Assembly (NCBI GenBank): GCA_051313645.2
Contig: JBNRSN020000004.1
Coordinates: forward strand, 239,816,001-239,880,000
Length of the DNA: 64,000 nt
Origin: Centroscyllium fabricii
Lineage: Eukaryota
Direction: 5' to 3'
A model generated the notes under the pieces. That model searched no databases. It was given only the letters and a program-made list of their open reading frames with translations, and was not told the origin of the DNA. A program made the position numbers and the translations under genes. Below, piece by piece: positions 50,688 to 62,308 of this stretch (position 1 is the stretch's first letter; each line of letters opens with the position of its first letter).

Positions 50688-51829
50688 AGCCCCCATATGA
50701 GTGACTAATGTATGCCATGTAGCTGTATGATGTTTAATTCTGTCCCCAGTTTGCTGAGATGTTCACCTCTGTCCGTCTCCCACTTCCAGGTGCTCGGTGA
50801 CTCCCGCCAGCTCTAAGGCAGCCTCCTCTGCTGTGGTCAGGTTAGCCACTGATACTGTTCCACCACCAGTTCTCTCCCTCTCCCTCTTATTGTGCGTTCT
50901 TTTTTCCTGCAAGGAGGGAAAGAAGAGAATGTTGAGTGAGAGTGATGGAATGAGTGTAAGGAATGGATGGGTAAGATCTTTAGAGGGAGACTATGGTGGA
51001 TTGGGGTAGCAATGTCAAGTGCCTCTTTGTGTGTTGTTAGTTGGTATGATTGCACTCAGATGAGGGTGAGTGTGAGGGGTGGTTATTCAGATGGGAACGT
51101 GATAATGTAGATAGGGATGGGTGGAGGTGCAAGGTATGATGTTGTGAGTAAGGATGTGCAGGAGAAGGGTTGGGTCGGCAGAGTGATGGGGATGTGATGA
51201 GAGGCAATGCAGGATGAAGGTGAGTGTGGCTTTGGACTCACCTTTCCTGATCTAACAAGATCGTTGAACCGTTTGCGGCACTGCACCCATGTCCTCCTGA
51301 CGACATCCCTGCTATTCACCTCCTCTGCTATTTGGAGCCAGGCTCCTTTGCTCTGCTGGGGAGGACTCTTCTGCCCATTTGAAGGGAAGAGGACCTCCCT
51401 GCGTGCTCTGGCTCCCTCCACAAGCATATGGAAGGAGTCATCGGAGAACCTGTGTGCAGCCCTCTGCCTCTGTGCAGTTATCTCTGGTGGTGTGTGCAGC
51501 AGTGGAATTGTGAAGTGCACTTACTGCACACTCCTAGATAAACCTTCAAATGCAATATGGCCATGGCTTCCTTAAATATCCCAGCTGAAAACGCATAATC
51601 GATGATGTCACCAGACCTGCACCATTTAATTGGGCTGGGTAAAGCGCAGTGCGGGCTTAATAGGCCCCATTAACGTAAAGTTGTTCTGTGAAGTGGGATG
51701 GAGCCAGCAATGGGCTCGTGATCCGCCATGACGACCACCCACATTGGACCCATCCAATGAAGAACATTCTGGCCTAAGATTGTAATTGAAGTGGACCATT
51801 CTGTACCTCTGAATTGTCACGTAGTCACT

Positions 51830-51990
51830 TAGTCTCAAGGATGAGCAGTCCAAGATTCATTAGTCTTTCCCCATAACTCAGTCTTTTGGAGATCAGTCAC
51901 CTTCATCTGCGCTGTACTGCCTCCAGGGTTTGAGTGTGTCCCTTGTGCCTCAGCGACCAAGATGGTCAACATTCAGGTGTGATCTTACCA
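51830..51990 (-). mobile_element. Old CR1 RT fragment
   Basis: The - strand gives degenerate VRSHL...LEAVQRR...LSYGERLMNLGL. Confidence 0.55.
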
Positions 51991-51999
51991 AAATAAAGG

Positions 52000-52930
52000 C
52001 AGTCAGTGGCGAAGCAAAGGTGTTTGCCACTGGCGCTGAAGAAAGCTGCCCCCAAAGATTTCTGTGGCGAGAAGTTTGTCTATGTCATGCAATTGGGACC
52101 AGTGTAGTGTAGTGGGAATCCGATAGCGCAATCTGCTGTGACGTAAACAAGCTGTCTAAGCAGCCAATCACAATGCAGAATTTTCACAGACAGAAAACCA
52201 GGAAGTGAAGAAGTTGCTTTTATTCTGACTTTTTAAAAATGTTACAGAAAGCAAAAGACTGGGGCTCTCACATTGGGATAAGGTAGCACCAGAAATAAAT
52301 ATGAACAAACTTGTATATCGCCGTTCCTTCATCGTCACTGGGTCAAAATCCTGGAATTCCCTCCTTAACAGTACTATGGGAGTACCTTCACCTCACAGGC
52401 TGCAGCGGTTCAAGAAGGCGGCTCACCACCACCTTCTCAATGGCAATTAGGGATGGGCAATAAATGCTGGCCTTGCCAGCGACACCCACATTCCATGAAC
52501 AAACAAAATAAAACTTAAAAAAAATATAACTTCTTTTAAAGTTTCTTAAAAATTGTAATTTTCATCATTATGGGGAATTTTGACACTCCACAAATTAAAA
52601 TGAGCTTTTCAGGGCCATAACGTTTGTTTAGCAGTCAATACACTGTTAAAACCCCAGTTACACCGAATCCAACAAGGCCTAACTTTTAATGGGAGATTTA
52701 ACAGCGACATTACTGCAGAAAAGCCCAAGTTTTCATCAGTTTCACTGATTTCCCTGATTGCCGGCTATGGGGGCGGGGATTAGGTGGGTGGCCCAGTGCA
52801 GCCAGTGTTGGAGCAGTGAATGACTGACTGCAACTTCAGAATTTCCGCGTTAGGAAGCACATGCGCTACATCCTGAAGCTGTGGTCAGTTTGCTGTCATT
52901 CGCTGTTATTACCCACCACAAAATCCGAGC
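52000..52930. mobile_element. Possible degraded Harbinger-type non-autonomous element hosting a LINE tail
   Basis: Right end AAAATCCGAGCC resembles the reverse of the GGGCTGGATTTT TIR; left end not found. Confidence 0.3.
52317..52512 (+). mobile_element. LINE (CR1/L2-like) 3' end
   Basis: Encodes a terminal WNSL...FKK-type motif, then AATAAA and an A-rich tail. Confidence 0.65.
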
Positions 52931-53264
52931 CAAAATATAAGAACATAATTGATTATGCGAGCATTTCATTGCAAGAATAACATACGTATATGCACATGAC
53001 AGCTGCTGTGGTATTACAAGATGGTTAATGATGTTGCTGTATCTGCAACATTGCACTGTATAACAGGACAAGTGGTCATTTTATAATAATAGCCAGCGTG
53101 CCTTTTTGTGGGAGGAAATTCACTAACTTCCAATTGTAATAAACATGATAATAATACTGATTTTAGTCGGTCTCAACTAGTGTCGATGAATCCACAGCGC
53201 AAAACACCTCAATCTGGCAGTAATTATGCCCTTAAATAGTACAGAATTGGAAAAGCTGGAACAG

Positions 53265-53530
53265 GGAGGGGAGTGGAAGATGTGATTGGTAATGAAATCA
53301 AGTTGCAGGTGGTGGAAATGGAAGAAGATCATCTGTTGAATGTGGAGGCTGTTAAGGTGGGAGGACAAGGGGGATCTAGCATGGTTCTGAGAGGGGCGGG
53401 TAAGGGGTGAAAGCAGAAACAAGGGAAATGGGAGGGACCCAGCTGAGGTTCCTGTCCACCATGGTGGAGGGGCATCCTGGGCTGAGGAAAAAAGAGGCAG
53501 TTCAGAAGCTCTGGTGTGGAATGTGGTGTC
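53265..53530 (-). mobile_element. Penelope-like element fragment (RT-endonuclease linker)
   Basis: SLHIQQMIFFHFHHLQLDFITNHIFHSPP; nucleotide similarity to 63480-63525 next to the GIY-YIG fragment. Confidence 0.6.
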
Positions 53531-54443
53531 ATTGCCTAGCAATTGCAGTTTTCTTTTGCTTTCTGTTCAAATAAAGGTGATTCTATTTGTCTTGGCTGTC
53601 ACTACTGTGGAATCTGTCATGTGCACATTGTCAGCAGATTCAAGAGCACTAAAAGCAATAGATAAACAATTGTACAGATGCAATCTTTGAGTATGCAGAG
53701 CTGTCTAAAAGTCACGATTGCAGCTTTTGATTTCTTGCAGCTGGGAAAGGTCCATTCAAACTGGCCAATACAGGAAAGCTCAATCTCTTGCAGCCCAAAA
53801 TTGTTTTTTGTGGGACATGCATGTTTGAATTTCCAATTTGTGCTGCTGGTAACCAAGGCAGCAAGTGAGCAAGAGCAATGGCAGCACTGACTCAAAACCT
53901 GATCCCCTACATTTATAACAGTGTTGTGGCAATACATACATTCGGTGCCAAATGCATGTGACCACTAGCCAGCAGAATTTGATAAAGAAAATGGGTACTT
54001 GATGACGATATGTAGAAGTCCTAGAACCCATGCAGCTTCTTACTCGGTCCCTAAGCCACCCTGAAACATGCCGCTGTGTGTCAACCAACACACTCCACAC
54101 CTTCAGTGGAAGTGGGTGTGAGGAGCCCACTGCTCCATTGTGTCTAATCAGCACTTGAGTGCTAAACCTGCAGGTGTCTCTGTTTTAGCACCTCAAGGCA
54201 CATTCAAATTATAGTAATCAGAAATTAGTATCAAAATTGTGTGCTAAGACCAGACTTTCAAACTGGCGTGTCTTATTAGCACAGCACTCAGTTATCGCCT
54301 GTTTTTACCCTTTCACCAAAATGACCCCTGTGATCGTTACCTTAAATAAATATGAAAATGATTGAAATCCAAATTGTTGACTGAGAGTGACAATGTGTGA
54401 TAGAATGAGCAGAACTCTTCGAGCGCACATATAAGAATATAAG

Positions 54444-55481
54444 GGGCCAGAAATTCCGATGCCTAAAGCAGATGCCCACGGCGATGCCCACGAAAAATGC
54501 CCACGGATCCAAGATGCCCACGGATCCGAAATTTCCGATGCTGAGGGAGAAGGGCCCTCAGCATAATACCTAGGAATGAGTTGCACCCAAAAATTCCGAT
54601 TGAAAAAGGGTCATTTTTTTCCGTTATTCTGTGGGCAACGTTGCCTTCAGATGCACTTGAAAAAAGCTGGAGTAACTGCTTGTGTGGAACGGTGAAAGGA
54701 CTGTTTCAGCGTGAAAAGGTAAGTTCTAGCAAATTAATTTCAGTTTTGATGTTTGAGTGGTGTTTAGTAAAAGTTGTGAGTGAGTGTGAACGTTTTAGAA
54801 TTTTTTTTGAAAATCGCGTTTTTAAGTGTTTTTTTCCTGTTTTTTTTAACCAAAAATGGTGCTGTTTTTTTTCAACCAAATTAAGTACCTTCTAATCCCC
54901 CACTGCTGAAAGTATTTTTTGGGGGATTTCAGTCTCAGATAACTGAGAAATGCGTTTTTCATTTTAGTTGGTGGAGTGCTGAAAGGTTTCTGTTAAGGCT
55001 TGGTTTGCTAAAAGTTAAGTTCCAGCAAAATAATTTCAGTTTTGATGTTTGAGTGGTGTTTAGTAAAAGTTGTGAGTGAGTGTTATGTTTTAGATTTTTT
55101 TTTGAAAATCGCGTTTTTAAGTGTTTTTTCCACGTTTTTTTTAACCAAAAATGGTGCCGTTTTTTTCAACCAAATTGTTTGAATCAGCAGAAAAGCAAAC
55201 ACATTTACCAAACTCTGCTGCTGAATAAAATGGTTGCAGTTCTCTGCAGCACTTTCTGTACTTTGATCAGGGGGCGTGTGCATTTAAATTAGCCCTCAGG
55301 GGGCGGGGCTTGCTGCAGCAAGCAAGCAGAAACGTTGCCCACCAAAACTGGCTGAGCAGAAACGATGCCCACGAAGAAGGTAATCAGTATCGGAATTTTC
55401 AAGCGCAAAAACGGGACGTCTCCCATGGGCAACGTAACGGAAACGATGCCCACGAAACGGGTCAAGCGGAATTTCTGGCCC
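54444..55481. mobile_element. Harbinger-type MITE (1038 bp)
   Basis: Perfect 15-bp TIRs GGGCCAGAAATTCCG; AAG duplicated at 54441-43 and 55482-84; subterminal GATGCCCACG repeats; no coding capacity. Confidence 0.9.
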
Positions 55482-55619
55482 AAGGAGTCAAGGATGTAAT
55501 AACTCTCCCATTACAGAATTCAGCTGTGTTTGAGCATCCTTAATGTTTGGTCTCTGCTAATTTAACACTATCAGCTTTAAGTAAAGAAGTTATATATGTT
55601 TTAAATTAACTTTTTACCA

Positions 55620-55910
55620 ATTTAAACTTATATCCCTCTGGTGCTAATTTCCTGCCTTACTTAGAAGCAATATTCTGGGGTTACTTTATTTGTACCGTCT
55701 AATATCATACAGCTTGATCAGGTGCTCTTTAACGGTCTTTTTTATATACTGCAGAGCTTGTGGTTCTTTCATCTTTACTCATAGCTCCCCTCCTTTATAG
55801 TTGGATCAGTCATTCTTTGCACCCTCTCCATTACGTGCATGTTTTTTGTGGTGTGGTGACTATAAAGGAACATACGACTCAAAGCGTTGTCTGACCAGTG
55901 CCCTGTAAAA
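55620..55910 (-). mobile_element. Highly degraded CR1-like fragment
   Basis: Weak resemblance in reverse to the CR1 RT C-terminus (ALVRQRFE..., ERVQRMT). Confidence 0.35.
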
Positions 55911-55997
55911 TCTTAGGATAACGTTTGGAGATTTTCACTTTACTGTTCTGCCTATATATTCTTACAGTCTATTAACTTTTTAAAATAGAAATAAAGA

Positions 55998-57266
55998 TTT
56001 TAATTTGTATAGTGCCTCACCATGTCTCTCAGAAAAAATTACAAAGTAGTTCAAAATAAATTGAAATAAATTACTTTGAATTGTTGTTATGTTGGCAAAC
56101 AGAGTGGCCATTTTACATAAAGCAGGATTCTCATGAGCAGCAATGAGGTAAATGACAAATTAATCTGCTTATAGGGCTGTTTGAGGGAGGGGGTTGGCCA
56201 GAGAACTCCCTGCTCTTTAAATAGTTCCACAGGACCTTTAATGTTCTGAAGTACTGGAAAAAGGGGCTGTGTTTTGCCAATGGGGACGCGTTGGGGGCGG
56301 GACTTCTGGTTTTCGGGTTTCAGTCCCGCCCCAATGATGTCCGGCCAACCCATGCTATTTTCCCTTGATTGACAACATAGCCGGCCAATTAAGGGAAAGC
56401 CGGTGACAGAGGACGTCAGCGTTTGATGCTTTATATGTCGAAACATTTTTGACAGATGAATTGTCAGCGTTTGACAGCTTTGAGAAGCGTTGAGAAGCTG
56501 TCAAACACTGACAATCTCTCTTCTAAGGTGAGCCCTTGTACTGAAGGTTCACCAAACCTCTTTCATTAGCAGAAATCAGATGGCTGCTGCATCTGAGAAT
56601 GCAGCAGCCATTCTGTTATCTCTGCTGTTGAGATGAAGCACCTCCGGATCCCCAAGGTTTGAAGCCTGCAGGAAGAAGCAAAGGTAAGTAAACTTTTTTT
56701 TAACACTTTTCACTCACCTCTCATACTTACCTCTCCACACTTGCACCCATCACTCACCTCTACAACAGACTTTTCAACCCCTCTCACCCCCACAGACCCA
56801 CTGCTCACCTCGCTTACCCTGGTGAGGTTTGCAGCCATCGGGAAGCTCGCACTTGTGTGGCTAAAATGGGGATAAGCCTCTTAACTGCCTGTTAACTACC
56901 TGTTAGCAAGCAGTTAATTGGCTCTAATCCCCTTCTTGCCTCAAGGAGATGGGTCGCTGTGCGAGTCGGGGATCCATCTCCTGGGAAGATGGCATGGAGG
57001 CAGGTTGGGAGCGGGTTCGGTACCCGCTCCCAGTTTCTGCCATTGTCCTGGTAGTCCCGCCTCCATACCCCCTTCCCCAGGGCTGGCAAAATTCCCCCCA
57101 AGCAGACAGGCTCTGGGGTTAAAATCCCATCTGAAGGATGATACCTCCATCAATCTGGCACTCCTTTATCATTGCGCTACTATATCACCTTAGATTATGT
57201 GCTCATACTCTAGAGTGGGGCTGGAACCCACAACCTTTTGCCTTTAGCTGAGAGTGCTACCAATTT
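55998..57266 (-). mobile_element. Deu-SINE (SacSINE1-like), split by a MITE
   Basis: Tail and Deu core (GAGAACTCCCTGCTCTT...AATAGT) at 55998-56263; resumes at 57100 (GCAGAC...TAGATTATGTGCTCA...GAACCCACAACCTT...GAGAGTGCTACC, tRNA-like head). Confidence 0.7.
56264..57099. mobile_element. Harbinger-type MITE (836 bp) with internal hairpins
   Basis: Imperfect TIRs GGGCTGTGTTTTGCC / GGCAAAATTCCCCCC; AAG duplication on both sides; its first 200 bp or so are homologous to 62769-63000. Confidence 0.75.
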
Positions 57267-57589
57267 ACTTTTTTGACAGTCCTTTTGTTTTATCAAAAAA
57301 TATTTTTGTTTAAGCAGTGAGTGCTGCTCACTGCACTGGTAGAACTGATTTGGAAGAGTTACTGACCCCGACAGTGCAGAGAAGCTGAATGATCATCTGT
57401 AATCACTAATCCAGGTTGCTTCAGCTTCACCTGTGTGTGTTCATTCAGCCTCCTCAAGTTGCTAGGCTCAATAACTTCTCCAAGCCAGTTAAAAAATTAT
57501 GTCAACAATACTCATCATTTGGAAGAAAGCAATAAAAATATAAAAAGAAGCTGCTAAAATAATTCACATTTTTAACAATCGTCCTTCTT

Positions 57590-57720
57590 TATTATTGCAC
57601 TACTCTATCATCTTAGATTATGTGCTCATACTCTAGAGTGGGGATTGAACCTTTGCTTTTAGGTGAGAGTGCTACCAATTTATTGTTTTGATGGTCCGTT
57701 TGTTCTTTCGTAAACAGTGA
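57590..57720 (-). repeat. Second copy of the SINE head and flank
   Basis: Shares TTAGATTATGTGCTCATACTCTAGAGTGGGG and GAGAGTGCTACCAATTTA with 57190-57267. Confidence 0.75.
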
Positions 57721-57914
57721 CGCAACAGAAAAAGACCAGTAATTTGACGAAAGCTTGTGCATGTTGACTGGACACTGACATCTATGATGGTGAGGACTAA
57801 TTGTTAGAGGTAACTGTAGGAAAGAAATTGGTTCTGAAAAAATGAGCAGAACCCAAGGTGGATAAGTTAGGGTGGCCATGATGTCATGTGCAGAAGGCTG
57901 TAGAGAAATGTCAG

Positions 57915-58070
57915 AGAGGAGATAGCAGAGGCTCTGGTCACAATTTTTTGATCCTCAACATTTTGCAAATTGTGCTGTGGGACTGGAGAGTAGCCAATGC
58001 AGCACCCTTGTTCAAGAAGGGGTAGAATGATGAACTGCAGACTACAGAATAGTTCGTCTAATTTCAGTTG
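57915..58070 (+). mobile_element. Old CR1 RT N-terminal fragment
   Basis: EIAEALVTIF...DWRVANAAPLFKKG. Confidence 0.55.
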
Positions 58071-58820
58071 AAATTAGAATCTCTTAGAACCCAACCAAGA
58101 CTGGTTACATAAAAATAATTTGCTGTTAGCTGCAATAATCCTAAATGAAGTGACTATAGGAAATCTCAATGGGCTCAAAGCACATAATTGCTCATGATTT
58201 GGAAAATAAATTAGCAGCATCACTAAGAAAGTCCATAAAGGGGTAATCGTTCCTCTGTTTACTATTTATAGCAAAATCATAAACACTTTGGGCTGGATTT
58301 TCATCGGACATTTGAGGCAGGATTGGAGATGTGTGGGGGGTTAAAATAGCAAAAACTGGCAGGCGGGCCCAACCCCGCCTCCATCCTGCCTCCAAGCAAT
58401 TTTCAAAAAATCGTGTTGACTGGTCCTGCTTCCGTCCCGCCTCCATGAGGCGGGATAGGCCGTTAAGGCCCTTAACAAGCACTACATTTCCTCTACAATG
58501 CCATTTTGATAGGCCTTTGTGATTTTAACCCTTTTCCTACGTGAAACACGCCTGTTCTGAAACACGATGGTGAAACCTGATGGTAGCCCAATTAGACTGC
58601 TGACTATTAGCTGCAGCTCCACCATTAAAGAGGAGATTTGATCAGTCATCATTTGCAGGTGTAAGGACTTTGTTGTTTCAGGTCTGGGGGAACTTTTAGA
58701 AGGCATAACCACAGCTGTGGAAGTTTGGAGCCTGACACCCATCTCAAGTGTGACCTCCTGGGTAAACCCCTCTTGCCACCTTGACTGAGCGCTTCCTCAA
58801 CTGAGGCATCTACCAGAAGC

Positions 58821-60093
58821 ATGGGAGCCATTTATTTCCTTCCCTTCTGGACATTAGGTGAGGATGAAGACCAGCTGCAGCACCAGAAGAACCATGAACA
58901 ACAGAAGCACCAACAGCAGCAGCACCAACAGCAGCAACAACAACAACAACAGCAGCAGCAACATCAGGAGTGCCAAGCTGCTGCTCACACACCTGAAGCT
59001 GCACAGGCCAGAAGGGGTCAGCGCATGGAAGCCGGTCAGTGCAAGAGATACCCCCCAAACAGGGTCTACAGACACAGGGTCAGCTACCTCAACATGTCTG
59101 AGCAGCAGTGCCAAAAGCGGCTCCATCTTTCGCGAGAGGTAGTGGGTGACAACTGCGCAATGCTACAGCAAGACCTGCAGCCCAGAGGACCAGGTGGACA
59201 ACCCTTACCAGTGGCCGTCAAAGTCACCACTGCACTCAAATTTTTGCCTCAGCCTCATTCCAGGGATCAGCAGCAGACATCAGTGGCATCTCCCAGGCGG
59301 CCGCACACACTTACATCACACAGGTAACTAATGCTCTCTTTGCCATCGTGCACAATCACATCCATTTCACCAAGGATCAAGCAAGTTTCACGGCGTGTGC
59401 GGTTGGATTAGCTAATCTGGCAGGCTTTCCAAGGGTGCACGGCATCATTGACTGCACACATGTGGCCCTTAAGCCACCCCATCGCAATCCAGGTATTTTT
59501 GTCAACCGCAAAGACGTCCACTCCCTTAATGTTCAGCTGGTGTGTGACCACAAGAAGGAAATTTTGATATTTGTGCCAAGTACCCTGGCAGTTGCCATGA
59601 CTCCTTCATACTGCATCAGTATAGTGTGCCTCTGCTATTCAGTCCGCCAGACCAACTTAACGGATGGCTACTTGGAGACAAGGGCTATCCCCTGAAGACG
59701 TGGCTAATGACGCCATTGAGGAGCTTATCCAACGAAGCTGAGGAGAGCTACAACTCCAGCCACAAGTCCACCAGAGCCATAATCAAGCAAATGATCAGTT
59801 TGCTGAAGATGCGCTTCAGATGCCTGGTTAGATCAGGTGGAGCTCTGCCGTACTCAACAGCCAGGGTCTCCAGAATCATCGTGGTTTGCTGTGCACTTCA
59901 CAACATGGCACAGTGTCATGGCTTGCAGATTCTTGATGACCAAGTGACTCGTCACATATCCTCCTCAGATGAGGAGGAGGCGGAGAGCAAAAACGAACAT
60001 CTTGCAGTGGCCCATCAACCAGCGGAAGCAGTAGGCGAGAACATTGCTGCCCAGGATGCAAGGAACACACTCATCTTGGCCAGATTTGTTTAG
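58821..60093 (+). pseudogene. Harbinger (HARBI1-like) DDE transposase, frameshifted
   Basis: PolyQ leader, [77 protein letters not shown] (catalytic E appears as K). Confidence 0.9.
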
Positions 60094-60350
60094 CCTAGCC
60101 AATCAAGTAATTTTGCCTCGTAGCTTCCTACCTGAGCATCAACAATGGCCAAGAACCAGCTGATTCCTAGCAATTTGACCACCATACTGACAATTGCAAG
60201 TAATCCTAAGCCCTCAATGTGGAAGTCCCATTTACGAAATGACACACACCACAACTATAGTAGTAACCATCAGATTTTTTATTTACATTAATCATCTGAT
60301 GGCTTTTTAACATAAAACAGCAAATTTCACTCAAGTGACTACCCTTGTGA

Positions 60351-62308
60351 CTATTTGTGCAGTATCTTTCTCTTACGCGTGCTCCTACATGGTGCTTCCC
60401 CTGTGGCTTCAGCAGATGTGGAGGCCCCTTGCTCAGTTCCTTGCTACTCCTGTCTTGACACCTTTGGTGGGAATCCTCTGGGGTTGTGAACCTGTGAGGG
60501 CTTGTCAACAGTCTGCTGCTCCTGCAGCTGTGCAGGGGTTGAGATGTCGATCTCAGTTGGGTGTGGACTCTGGTGGGGCTTTGACTGAGGGCTCTGCAGT
60601 GGCATGGTCATGTGAGCGCTTGGAGAGGAGCCCCCAATTCCTTGATATTTGCCACAAACTTCCCTCTCATGGATCAGGTCCCGCTCAGTGCTTGCAAGTG
60701 GCTTGAGAGCACCTTGCTGCACATCAGGGGGGCCATGTAGACCCGCATGTGCACTGGCAGTTCTACTCAGAAGGACTTCCACGAAGGTCTGGTTTCTCTG
60801 TTCAATAGATAACCATCGCTCCTCAACAGATGTCATTCTGTTCAGAACACTCACCATGTTTTCTGCATTCTGGTGACTTATCACCTCCATGGTGATGCGT
60901 TCACGCGCCAATGACTCCACAAAGGCTCTGCTCATGTTCGCAATGGACTCCTCCATTCACTCCACACTCGCAGCGACCCTGGAGGCAAAATCTACCAGAG
61001 ACTCCTGCATCTGTACCTGGAGTTCCAGCACTGCTGATGTTATGGAATGTCCCAGAGGCAGAGGGTCGACATGCAGCTGAGCTGAACTGGCAGAGTCCTG
61101 TGCCCTCTGACTAGGACTCTCCACTGCTGTTCCTGTCTTCACTGAGTGAGCTGTGATATACCAGGTAACAACAGTAACCAGTAGCGATGGTCCCACCGAG
61201 GTGTGAGTGTATGCGCTGGTGCTGGGTGTGCTGAAATCTGCTGACGCTGCGCTCTCAGAGGTTGCAGCTTCCTCTGAGGAGTCTGGATGCTTAGGCTCTT
61301 CCTCCTGGCTAGTGGGGACGGGTGCTTGCGACGGTCTTGTGGCGGAGTAAAGGAAAGAGTCAAAGATGTGATGCCAAAGTTACATACACATTGCATATTG
61401 CAGATGATCATAAGTCCATATGTTAGAGCTTCAGAATCATTATCAGTGACTCATGTAATGTCCTTGAGAGAGATGGAAAACTATTCTGTCACCAGCTTGC
61501 TGTGATGCGCCCATCTGTCCCTCCCCCACTTGGGAATCTTTCTCCACTCCCACGATCTCCAGGACCACCTCCTCCCAGGGGGTGAGGTGGGCTGCTGAGG
61601 GTGGCCCTCCTCCTGTTCTCACTCCTTCTCTCTTATTGTGGCTCTCTTTTCCTGCAATGAGGGAGACAAGTGGAGGTTGAGTGAAAATGAAGGAATGCTT
61701 GTAGAGAATCCATAGCATAGATACATAGAAGGAGACACAGATGGAGTGAGGTGGCAAGACCAAGGGCCCTCCCTGTGTACCTCCACACCCCAAATCCACA
61801 CAGCCTGCTTCTACCTCCTTCCCAAGATCCACACTCAACCTCTCCCTGTGTGTTGGCAGTTGTTTTCATAGCATCACAGTGATAGGGAGTGTGAGGGCTG
61901 CAAAGTCGAATAGTTAGGTGACTGTGACCACAGAGAGAGAGGGAATGGGTAAGGATGCATTGATGTCAGTGCCAAGTGGGATGTGGAGGAAGAGATTGCT
62001 AAAGCTGAGTGCTGGTGAGGAAAGGCAATGAGGATCAGATTGAGGGTGATGGGGAAATTCATACTCACTTTTCCAGTGCGCAGAAGGTCATGAAATCTCT
62101 TACTGCACTGAAGCCAGGTTCTGCAGGTTACTGACAAGGAGTTGACCTCCTCTGCCACCTGGATCCACACAGCCTTGGTTTGCTGGGGAATCTTCTTCAT
62201 CCCTGAAGAAGGGAAGAGCACCTCTTCATGTGCTCTTGTTCCCTCTACTAAAGCCTGCAGGGCAACGTCATCGAAGTGGGGTGCAGACCTAGGTTTCTGG
62301 TTGGCCAT
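60351..62308 (-). pseudogene. Harbinger Myb/SANT-like accessory gene, 3 exons, disrupted
   Basis: MANQKPRSAPHFDDVALQALVE...WIQVAEEVNS...RTWLQCSKRFHDL; exon 2 HNKREGVRTGGG; exon 3 ends PRGFPPK...RSTRKRKILHK*; internal stops. Confidence 0.8.

Larger units (their letters stand above)
47929..51520 (-). pseudogene. Harbinger Myb/SANT-like accessory gene, 3 exons, disrupted
   Basis: Exon 1 HRFSDDSFHMLVE...WLQIAEEVNS...RTWVQCRKRFNDL, donor after 51242; exon 2 from 50906 EKRTHNKRERERTGGG; exon 3 from about 48958 ending PRGRPPK...RSTHKRKMPH*. Confidence 0.8.
45856..51774 (+). mobile_element. PIF/Harbinger DNA transposon copy 1 (decayed, with nested insertions)
   Basis: TIRs GGCCAGAATTTTCTT / AAGAACATTCTGGCC (14/15); TAA target duplication at 45853-55 and 51775-77; convergent transposase and Myb/SANT genes. 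Confidence 0.92.

Noticed and set aside
57190-57262. tRNA gene
   Set aside because: It is the tRNA-derived head of a SINE, and no full cloverleaf is evident
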